Positions 13,607 through 24,637 of a stretch of 55,040 nucleotides of DNA are shown here, one piece after another (the first letter of the stretch is position 1; the number at the start of each line of letters is the position of its first letter). The position numbers and the translations under genes are program-made. Source of the DNA: Prorocentrum cordatum (taxonomy: Eukaryota); assembly GCA_963575745.1 (NCBI GenBank), contig CAUYUJ010000189.1, positions 62,001-117,040 of the forward strand, read 5' to 3'. The notes under the pieces were generated by a model. That model worked only from the letters and a program-made list of their open reading frames with translations. It searched no databases and was not told the DNA's origin.

Positions 13607-16118
13607 GAACACTATTACTTCTAAAGAATTATTATTGTTGGACCCCCTGGTGCACGCCCCCCGCCCAAAACCTAGGCCGCAGCTACATTTTCATCATTTT
13701 TCTGCGAAAGCTTCAGAAAAGTGGATTACCCCCGGATCCGGTTTTTTGTTGACGCTCGTTTTCCCTTGCAAAAAACAATAGAAAATGAAAATTCTTGTTC
13801 TTAGTTGATCAAATTTCAAGAATCCCTTGCAAAAAATAAGGTAAAGTGGACATTCGCGCTCGCAAGACGAAATCCTTCCAAAACCTTAGGTTTCGTAGCG
13901 ATTTTAACATAAAAACATCAAAAACCCAATGGTTTTTTAAGAAAAAATTGTCAAAATGTCCTTCCGCGCGCTCTTGCGGATTCATAGGAAACACACCACT
14001 TTTTAAACATTTCTGTCAAAAGGGTCTCTTGCGGATTCATAGGAAACACACCACTTTTTAAACATTTCCGTCTGGCTGTGCACGCGCGCGTTGGGCACTG
14101 AGAGTTAGGATCATAGCGCCATGAGTCTATGAGCAATGCATGCGTCATCCTTGGGACTGTATAACATCAGTGTAACACATGTACTTCTGTAATCGCATCC
14201 CCACGAATTTGCCCCAAAAATGTGACCAACTATCTTGGCACTGCGTACCATCTCACGTGTACCGTGTACCACATCATATGTAACAGATGTGATCAACCTC
14301 TGTGGGTGTGTACCCCACGCCAGTGTAGTAGCCAGGGTCGTCCGCACGCCACGAAGTGAAGTGTCCCAACGTCATAGGGCGGGAAGCTGGGTGTGGGTGG
14401 TCTCGAAGAGTCGTTTGGATATTTGGTAGAGCTTGAACGGCCCCCCCACGAAGTGGGGGTATTGGCTGGTGTCGCAAGAAAACCCTGGCACTGGGGAGAA
14501 CACTGAGCGTTCGGGTAAAATGATTGTTGAACATTATTAATTCTAAAGAATAATTATTGTTGGGCCCCCTGGTGCACGCCCCCCCCGCCGCGCCTAGGCC
14601 GCAGCTACATTTTCATCATTTTCGTGAGGAAGCCTCAGGTAAAACGATGTGATCAAGATCCGGTTGTTTTGTTCCCCCCCGCTTTCCCTTGCAAAAAACA
14701 CTATAAAATGAAATTTCTTGTTCAAATGTAATCAAATTTCAAGAATCCCTTGCAAAAAATAAGGTAAAGTGGACATTCGCGCGCGCAAGACGAAATCCTT
14801 CCAAAAGCTTAGTGTTCGGAACGATTTTAACATAAAAACATCAAAAAACCAATGGTTTTTCAACAAAAAAATGTCAAAATCTCATCCCGCGCGCTCTTGC
14901 GGATTCGTAGGAAACCCAACACTTTTTAAACATTTCTGTCAAACGGGCTTTTGCGAGCAACTTTTTCGAACTTCTGCGACAACGGTTGCGCACCTGCCAG
15001 GGCCATCATCCCTGTCAAATAATACCATGCGGGACACATTCGTCTCTCTGTATTATGTATTGTATGCCACAATTGCACCATGCTGGGCACATGCGCGCCC
15101 CGAATAAGTGACCAAGTTCTGTGGGTGTGTACCCCACGCCAGTGTAGTAGCCACGGTCGTCCGCACGCCACGAAGTGAAGTGTCCCAACGTCATAGGGCG
15201 GGAAGCTGGGTTTGGGTGGTCGCGAAGAGTCGTTTGGATATTTGGTAGAGCTTGTAATGCCCCCCCACGAAGTGGGGGTATTGCCTGGTGTCGTATGAAA
15301 ACCCTGGCACTGGGGAGAACACCACGCGTTCGGGTAAAATGTTTGTTGTTGTTGTTGTTGAACATTATTAATTCTAAAGAATAATTATTGTTGGGACCCC
15401 TGGTGCACGGCCCCCCTGCGCCGCCTAGGCCGCAGCTACATTTTCATCATTTTCGTGAGGAAGCCTCAGGTAAAACGATGTGATCAAGATCCGGTTGTTT
15501 TGTTCCCCCCGCTTTCCCTTGCAAAAAACATATAAAATGACATTTCTTGTTCTAATATAATCAAATTTCAAGAATCCCTTGCAAAAAATAAGGTAAAGTG
15601 GACATTCGCGCGCGCAAGACGAAATCCTTCCAAAACCTTAGTGTTCGTAGCGATTTTAACATAAAAACATCAAAAAACCAATGGTTTTTCAACAAAAAAA
15701 TGTCAAAATCTCATCCCGCGCGCTCTTGCGGATTCGTAGGAAACCCAACACTTTTTAAACATTTCTGTCAAACGGGCTTTTGCGAGCAACTTTTTCGAAC
15801 TTCTGCAACAACGGTTGCGCACCTGCCAGGGCCATCATCCCTGTCAAATAATACCATGCGGGACACATTCGTTTTTTCTTCGCGCGCGCACGCCGTCGTC
15901 GTCGGCCGCGGGGCCCTGAATAGTAGCCACGGTCGTCCGCATGCCACGAAGTGAAGTGTCCGAACGTCATAGGGCGGGAAGCTGGGTGTGGGTGGTGGCG
16001 AAGAGTCGTTTGGAAATTTGGTAGAGCTTGAACCGGCCCCCCCACAAAGTGGGGGTATTGCCCGCCTCCTATGAAAACCCTGGCACTGGTGAGAACGGAG
16101 TGTCCCCACGTGCTAGTA

Positions 16119-16120
<2 letters not shown>
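12567..16120 (+). mobile_element. Four head-to-tail copies (760-1040 bp) of a non-coding element separated by (GTT)n; possibly rolling-circle (Helitron-like)
   Basis: Units start aaca(t/c)tatta at 12567, 13608, 14530 and 15361. Each has a subterminal hairpin CCCCCAC-(G/A)AA-GTGGGGG, and two units end CTAG|T. Confidence 0.7.
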
Positions 16121-16191
<71 letters not shown>

Positions 16192-16519
16192 TCAATTTCG
16201 CACTCTCGCCTGGGTGCCGCGCACACTTGTCGAAACATGATGTTCTCGCTCGCCTCGGCGCCGTGCACATGACAGTGGGGGGAGGGGCACGTACCGCGCG
16301 CTGCCTCTGACGTGCCGCGTGCTGCACGTGCCTTACAACTACTTCTTGTCGCAAGGCTTCCTTAGCAATGATGTTTGCAGTAAGGCATCCTGAGCAAGGA
16401 GTCCTTTAGGAGGGAGTCCCGAGGGAGGAGGAACTGGGAGGAGGGCCTGGCTGCTCACCCACACAGCCCACAACACAGAGGGGGGAAGCGGCAACAGGAA
16501 ATGGTTGCTCTCTCTCTCT

Positions 16520-16554
<35 letters not shown>

Positions 16555-16609
16555 CTCTCTCTCTCTCTCTCTCTTTTCATTTCTCAATTCGACTCGCCTC
16601 ACGGGCCCT

Positions 16610-17190
16610 AACTTGGATAAGGAGTGGTGTCTCGGGGTGCTACTCTGCCCGTACCTCGGCGGGTTCCCCGGGTTCCTCGAGTTCCCGGGGCTCCTCGCCC
16701 TCGGTGCCTCGGAGGGGGCCGCGTGGCCCGTTCCTCGGAGGCTCCTCGCCCCCGGTCCTTCGTATGCCCCCCCAGGCACTGCCAAGCGATGCCAAGCAGA
16801 GCAAGGCGATGCCAAGCAAGGCCAAGCAACGGCAAGCAATGGCAAGCGATGCGAAGCACTGCGCCCGTGCAGCGGGAAGCTTTCCCCTCCGTGGGGTCGC
16901 GCCAGGCTCATTTTCCCCCAATCAGGCTTGCCTAAGGGGATCTTACTTGGTTAGATATTGGTGCCTCCGGGTGCTACATTGCTCGTTCCTCGGAGGTTCC
17001 CCGGGTTCCTCGGGTTCCCTGGGTTCCTCGCTGTCGGTGCTTCGGGGTTTCTCGAGTTCCTCGGGTTCCCCGGGTTCCTCTCCCTGGGTCCCTCGTATTT
17101 CCCCAAGCAATGCCAAGCAATGCCAAGCGATACCAAGCACTGCGCCCATGCAGTAGGAAGCTATCCCCTAATTGGGGTCGCGGCGGGTTA
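16610..17190 (+). repeat. Tandem dimer of a composite element with (GGGTTCCYC)n and (GCCAAGCRAT)n
   Basis: acttgg.ta..ggtg..gggtgctac starts at ~16611 and ~16945; both units end ...ggggtcgc. Confidence 0.75.
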
Positions 17191-17199
17191 GTTTTTTTG

Positions 17200-17240
<41 letters not shown>

Positions 17241-17761
17241 CTCTCTCTCTCCTTGTCTTTCTCTCTCTCTGGCTCCTCCCCTTTACACATTCATGCGAGG
17301 CCCAGCCAATGAAGCACCGATAGGACGCCATGCGAACGCCTCTACTGGGACCATTGCTGGAGATCCCGAGTAAGGATGCTTGTAAGAAGGACTCTGAGTA
17401 GGCACTCTTTCCAGTGAGGGTTCCTCAGTAGGGACTTGTGGAATCCACATTCATGAATAAGGATGTCTGTGCAGGAAACCTGAGGAAGGATCCTGTAGTG
17501 AGGAATCCTGAGTGAGGGCGCCTTTGGAAAGCATTCGTCAGTAAGGGTACTTCTGCCAAGGAAACCGAAGTAAGGCTTCCTTTAGTGCGGGCTCCTAACT
17601 TTTGACGCATTCAGGACGGATCCCCTCAGTGCGGATCCGCCAGGCAAAGGGTTCATTTCTCATTCTGATTTTCACAAGGCTCAGCTACGAAAGACGCCTT
17701 CCGTAAGGGGCCCGTGGTACGGATCGTTTCAGTAAGGGGTCCTGAGTAATGAGTCCTTTAT

Positions 17762-17925
17762 CAAGGGCGCCCTCGAGGGCGCGAAGGTATCCGCGCTTCG
17801 CGCTTCGCGGTTCGGCTCCGGTTCCTCCTCATCCTCCTTTTCTCCCCTGGGAGGCGGCGCGAGAGCGCGAAGTTAGTCGCACTTCGCGCTTCGCGCAGCG
17901 CGAAACGCGAGGTTGGGAGCCCTTG
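17762..17925. mobile_element. MITE-like element, 164 bp, 5-bp TSD TTTAT
   Basis: TIR CAAGGGCGCCC / GGGAGCCCTTG; TTTAT at 17757-17761 and 17926-17930. Confidence 0.7.
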
Positions 17926-19611
17926 TTTATTTAGACAGGAGTCCGCGGGGACGAGGTAGTGGGAGGGGAAGCCGGGTGCTCTCTCGCGCAGCCCACAGCA
18001 CAGAGGGGGAAGTGGCAGGAGGACACGGTTGCCCTCTTTCTTTCTTTTTCTCTCTCTCTCTCTCTCTCCCCCTCCTTCCTTCTCGTGCTTCCTCTCGTTC
18101 TCTCTCCCTTCTCCCACTTTCACATTCGCGCGAGGCCAGCCAGTGAAACACCGATTGGACGCCATGCGAACGCCTCCACTGGGGCCTTCGCTGGGGACCC
18201 TTAACCAAGATGTTAGTGGTAAGGGGCTCTTAGGCAGCGTTCCTTTTTTAGTGAAGGGTCCTTAGTAAGGATTTCTTAATGCACACTTTCGAATGAGGAT
18301 GTCTGCATCAAGTGAGGAGTAGGGGTGCTTTTTCTTGGTAAGCATTCGTCAGTAAGGACATCTTCACCAAGGCATCCATCGCACGGATTGTTTCGTGAGC
18401 GGCCCTTAGTGATAATGCATGTGGTAAGCATCCTCTCAGTATGATCCCCTCACTTGTGTTTTATTCAGCCTGCTTAATGTAACATTGGCTGCTTCATGTA
18501 ACATTCAGTATCCCTGCAGACATGCTTCTTTATCACGGCTAACTTTTGTACTACCTTTAGTGATGGCTCTTTACTAACGATGCCGCCATCTTAGTATGCA
18601 TGCATTAGAAGGGCTGTCTATTTTATCAAAGGGCCCTTGGTAAGGGCCCCTTCCGTTTGGAAGCTCGGATTCGTTTCGTGAGGGATCCCGAGTGGTAATG
18701 CGTAACCATCCTTTTAACTAATGTTTATTGTACTATGGTTTCGTTATGCATGCTTTCTTTAACAGGGGCTGCTCAGTGCGGTTGTTTTCAGTAAGGAGTC
18801 TTTCAGTATCCTTGCGGAACTGGTTCCTTACTACGAATACCTTTAGTATTAGTTTTAGTTATTTCACGATGTATTCAGGATGCCGTCAGCTTAGTAAGCA
18901 CTTGGAGGGATGCCTTTTATAAAAAGGGCTCTAAATCTGGAAGCTCGCATTGTGAAGGCATGTGTTTCGCACATGTTGGAAAGGATGCCGTTTCCAAGGG
19001 ACGTGGCTGGTCGGAAAGACGTGGCCGTGTTCGGTAGAGCCAGTGCATCAGTTTATCCGTGGCAACATACAAGGAGGGAGGGGGAGGTGGTAGAGGGAGG
19101 AGGGCGGAGGGAGGTGGTAGTGGGAGGAGGGCGGGGGGGGTGGTAGAGCAAGGAGGGAGGAGGAGGGAGGAGGGCGAGGAGGGGGAGGAGGTACAGGGAG
19201 GGGGAAGTGGTATCGGGAGGAGGGAGGAGGAGGAGCGAGAGGAGGAGATAGTGATGTTTGCGTGTGTGTGAGAGAGAGGGACAATGTTCGATCGCAGTTC
19301 GCACCTCCATCTGCTGCCCGCGCCTGAGGATCATCTGCGCCGCTGACTTACAAGTGTATATCTGTGTGTGTGTGTGTGTTTTGGTGAGGATGGCAAAGCA
19401 AGAAAACAACCAAGCAACGCCTTGTTGCCCCCCCACCCAACACACCGCACCACCACCGCCACTGGACTGGGATTGCGGGGGCGCTCTGCAGCATTCTAGC
19501 CCTTCGGACCCCCCCCAGGCGCCACCACGGGCGGCATCGTGGGCATCCTTCCAGGGCCGCTCCCTCTCCCGCAGTGCCTTCCCTCCCCCTCCCTCCCTCT
19601 CCCTTCGGTGG

Positions 19612-19972
<361 letters not shown>

Positions 19973-20383
19973 TTCGTCGGGTTTTCGGGGGCGACAAACA
20001 AAACGAATTGTTGCCCCCATAACAATTTCCCCCCCCCCCAACACACCGCGCCACCACCGCCACTGGACTGGGACTGCGGGGGCACTCTGCAGCATTCCAG
20101 CCCTTCGGACCCCCCGCCCCCAGGCGCCACCATGGGCGGCGTGGTGGACGTCATTTCAGAGTCGCTCTCTCTTTCCTGCCCTTCCTCCCTCTCCCCCTCC
20201 CTCCCCCCCTCCTCTCTCTCCCCTCCTCTCCTCTCTCTCTCTCTCTCGTGCGCGGCGTGGTGGACATCCTTTCAGAGTCGCTCTCTCTCCTGCCCTTCCT
20301 CCCTCTCCCCCTCCCTCCCCCCCTCCTCTCCCCTCCCCTCCCCTCTCTCTCCCCTCCCCCTCCTCTCTCTCTCTCTCTTGCTC

Positions 20384-20420
<37 letters not shown>

Positions 20421-20602
20421 TCCTTCCCTCCCCCTCTCCTATCGTCTTCCTCTCCCTCCCGGGCCGCGTGCTCCGCAGCGGCCCCCCTCCTCCCCTCGCC
20501 AGAGGGCCCCGCCCCCTCGCTCGGCACTCCTCGCCTCGACGACGCCGCGCGCCGCACCTCGGCGAGCCCTCGCGCGCCGCTCCTCCTCCTCCTCCTCCTC
20601 CT

Positions 20603-20633
<31 letters not shown>

Positions 20634-20725
20634 TCCGCCTCCTCCTCCTCCTCCTCCTCCTCCTCCTCCTCCTCCTCCTCCTCCTCATCCTCCTCCTCCT
20701 CCTCCTCCTCCTCCTCCTCCTCCTC

Positions 20726-20758
<33 letters not shown>

Positions 20759-20940
20759 TCCTGGCCCAGCCCGAAGCCCCACCCCGAGGGGGGGGGGGGG
20801 CGCCCCCTCCGCCGGGCACGGCGGCCCCCCCCCCCCCCCCCCGAGGAGCGCGCACGGCTCCGGCGCCGGCCCTCGGGCGACGGGTGCGCCGCCGGCCCGC
20901 GGCGGCAGCAGCTCGCCCCGGGGGGCGGGGCGGGGCGGCC

Positions 20941-21090
20941 ATGCGGCGGCCGAACCACGCCTCGCGCGCCGCGGCCAGCTCCGCCCTGGCGGGGACGGCG
21001 CGCGCGGCATCCGCGGACCCCCAGGGCGAGGGCGGCGGCGGCCTGGACGGCCTGGAGGAGCCGACACGGAGGAAGCGGGCCCTTTTCGAG
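20941..21090 (+). CDS. MATH gene exon 1 (start and donor tentative)
   Basis: gccATG start, open frame to ...KRALFE, GA donor running into a (GGA)n tract. Upstream exons cannot be excluded. Confidence 0.55.
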
Positions 21091-21111
21091 GAGGAGGGGG
21101 AGGGGGGAAGA

Positions 21112-21142
<31 letters not shown>

Positions 21143-24100
21143 GAGGAGGAGGAGGAGGAGGAGGAGGAGGAGGAGGAGGAGGAGGGAGAGGAGGAGGAGG
21201 AGGAGGAGGAGGAGGAGGAGGAGGAGGAGGAGGAGGGAGGAGGAAGGGGAGGAGGCGGCGGAGGAGGAGGATGAGGAGGAGGAGGAGGAGGAGAGGAGGA
21301 GGGCGGGGGCGGACCAGCTCAGGGGGGGAAGCATCGACCTGGAATCGGCGATGCATCGCCGACAGATCGGCGAGATAGGCCCCGTTGGTGGATGCGCACG
21401 CTCCAACAAAATGGGCCTGCCCCGAGGCACCTCCCTGGGTTTTTCGGGGACGCGCAAACATGGATTTGCGATCCATGGATTTGGCGCGAGGTCGCCAAAT
21501 CCATGGATCGGGGGAGGTGCCCTCCCAAAAATGCGGACGCTACCTCCTCCTCCTCCTCCTCCTCCTCCTCCTCCTCGTCCTCCTCCTCCTCCTCCTCCTC
21601 CTCCTCCTCCTCCTCCTTCGCGTTGCCCCTTCTGGCACGCTCCTCTGAGCTTTTCGAGTTGGGGATCGACTACATACTTGATTTACCCCCACATTGATTT
21701 TTCGTCGAACCTACGGGAAATACTAGGGGAAATACGGCGAATACTCCGTAGATCAATCGAACATTCTATGTATTTTTCGTGGATTCGACGGATCAATCAA
21801 TTTTGGGGTAAATCAATTCTGTGGTCGATCCCTTACTCGAGCTTTCCAGAGCGCTCTGCGATTGCCGTGGCGACCGATACGTCCTCCAGCACCGCCAGAC
21901 CTCAGAGACCCCCGATCTGCACTGGTTCGATTTTTGTTCCAGTCCTGGCTTCGTCCTGCGTTTTTGGACGCGATAGAACGGGGGGGCGAGAAATGGGGGG
22001 GGGCGCGGGCTGCTGAAAAGGGTCCGGGCCCTTTGGGGCCCCTAAAGGGGCCCTTCAGGGCCCCAGATGGGGGCCTTTTAGAGACCGAAGCGGCACCTTT
22101 CTCACCCCCTTCTTTTTATCGCCCCCCGTGATTTCGCGCCCAACGTTTCCCTCGGGAACCCTTCTCCTTGTGCAAGAGGAGGAGTTCCGCGAGCTGCAGC
22201 ATGCGCTCGAGGGCGAGCGCGCGGAGGTGGCGGCGCTGCAGAAGAGCCTCGGCGAGCTGTTCATGAGGATCACCACCCACCAAACCACCCCAACCCCAAC
22301 CCGAAGGCCCCACTTTGCCCTCCATTCCCAGTGGGGGGGGCGTTGGGGAAACACATGTGGAACCTGTCCCCCCCCAAACCCGCATTGCGGGTCTTCGGGT
22401 TAGTTTGGGGTGGTCTGGTAGGTAGCCAGAGGAACGCTTGCGAGGAGTACCTGAATAAGCTGGAGCGGCGCATCCAGGCGACCGAAAGTCCTCCTCCTCC
22501 TCCTCCTCCTTCTCCTCATCCTGCTCTCCTCCTCCTCCTGCTGCTCCTCCTCCTCCTCCCCCTCCTCCTCCTCCTCCTCCTCCTCCTCCTCCTCCTACTC
22601 CTCCTCCCCCTCCTCCTCCCCCTCCCCCTCCCCCTCCCCTCCTCCTCCCCCTCCTCCTCCCCCATGGAGGCACTGGCACCCGCGGACCTTCTCTCGTGTT
22701 CGCCCTTCCTCGGCCTCCCTGGGGATCCTTGCCCGTCGCCACGGCGGGGTTCGCCTCGAAGGTCTGGTCAGGCGGCACCCTCGAGGGGTCCAGGGACAAG
22801 GGCTCGTTCCGATTCCTCCGATTCGATTCGATTCGACCTCGATGGCTGCCAATTCCGATTCGATTCGACTTGGGATTCCGATTCCGATGCCGATCTCTCA
22901 GTGGAGGCCTACTGGCCTGCCGATTTCTGCCGATTCGACTTCTCCCGACTTGGCTGCCGACTGACGCCGATCCGATTCGTTTCGATCGCTGATCCGACTT
23001 CTCGATTCGACCCTGGGCTCTCCTGCAGGGAGTATGGTAGGTTTGCGTCGCGTTGACGCGGCAGCGACTCCAGCGCGGGCGCTCGAGGTCAAAACGCCGC
23101 CAGTGAGTCAGAATCGGCCGATGCCGAGCGATCTGAGCTGTCGGGAAGCGGAGATCGTTCAAAATTGAACGATCCACGCGGTGTCAGAAATCAACGCCCA
23201 GGTCGTCGCCGCACGAACCTGCCGTAGCGGTATCGGTACCTCCTGGTTTCCCGAGTATGCGCGGAGACACCAACCGAGCAATCACGCGTGTACCCGCGCC
23301 ACGGATGGGGGAATCGTCCCACAAGGGGCATGCGGGGCAATGAGCTTGGCGGAGCAGACCAGAAGGCCAAGGAGAGAGGGAGTCTTGTTGCTGAGTCCTT
23401 GCCTTCAACTCGATGCGGCAGCGTGCCTTCCTTGAGCAGCGCGCCAGCCGCAGTCTCACCTCTCTGGCGCTGCCTGGGTGGCGAGACGGCGCCCCCTTGA
23501 ACGTCACACGGGCTATGGATCACGAGTCAAGGAAGGACCAGAAGAGATTGCGTTCGAGACGCGTTTTTTTTTCCTCGTCGACCGGGAGCGGCACAGCCCA
23601 GACGGACGCCACGCCCGGGAGGCCGGCACGCGGGGGATCTGCGCGAAGAGCCAGCTGCTGAAGCCGGCCGGCCTCCCGCCGACCTCCCGCCCGACCTCCC
23701 GCCGGCGGAGCTGCCCTCGCGTTTCCTGCGCCCGCCTCCGCGGGCTGCCGGCGGTGGGCGAGCGATCGCGCTCGTCGATGCCTCGCAGGCTTCCCGCATC
23801 ACAGAGGCAACCACGGGCATCAGGCTTGCTCCGCGCTGTCGTGTGCGTGTGTGTACGTGTGTGTACGTGTGTGTGTGTGTGTGTGTGGATTTTCAGTGAC
23901 GGAGCGAGTCTCTCCCCTGTGCCGGGCTGAGCTGAGGTGTGACAGGAGACAGGGTGGAGGCTGTGCTTGGCGTGAAAAGGATCGTGGAGCGCCCCAGGTG
24001 ATTGAGAACAAGGAGGTGGACACCGTGCAGTGGCGCATCGAGAACGTGGAGCAAGTTCGATCCAAGCACGTGAAGGGCCAGTTCCTGGCGTCCCCAGAGT

Positions 24101-24242
24101 TCTCCGCGTGCGCCGTGGGGGTGGGTGGGTTGTTGGAGGAGGCGAGGGGTGAGCGGGATTGATGATGATGCAAATGATAGTGACGATGATGATTGTGATT
24201 GTGATGATAATGATGATGATGATGATAATGATGATGATGATA

Positions 24243-24303
<61 letters not shown>

Positions 24304-24556
24304 CGATGATGATGATGATGATGATGATGATGATAGTGATGATGATGATGAAGCTGCTGCTGATGATGATTATGATGATGAGTATGATGATGCTGATGCT
24401 GATTATGATAGTGATGATGATGATGATTATGATGATGATGAGGATGATGATGAGGATGCTCATGATGATGTTGATGATGATGTTGGCTGATGATGGTGAT
24501 GGCTGATGATTATGATGATACTGTTGGTGATGATCATGGGGGTGTCGGGTATGATT

Positions 24557-24637
<81 letters not shown>

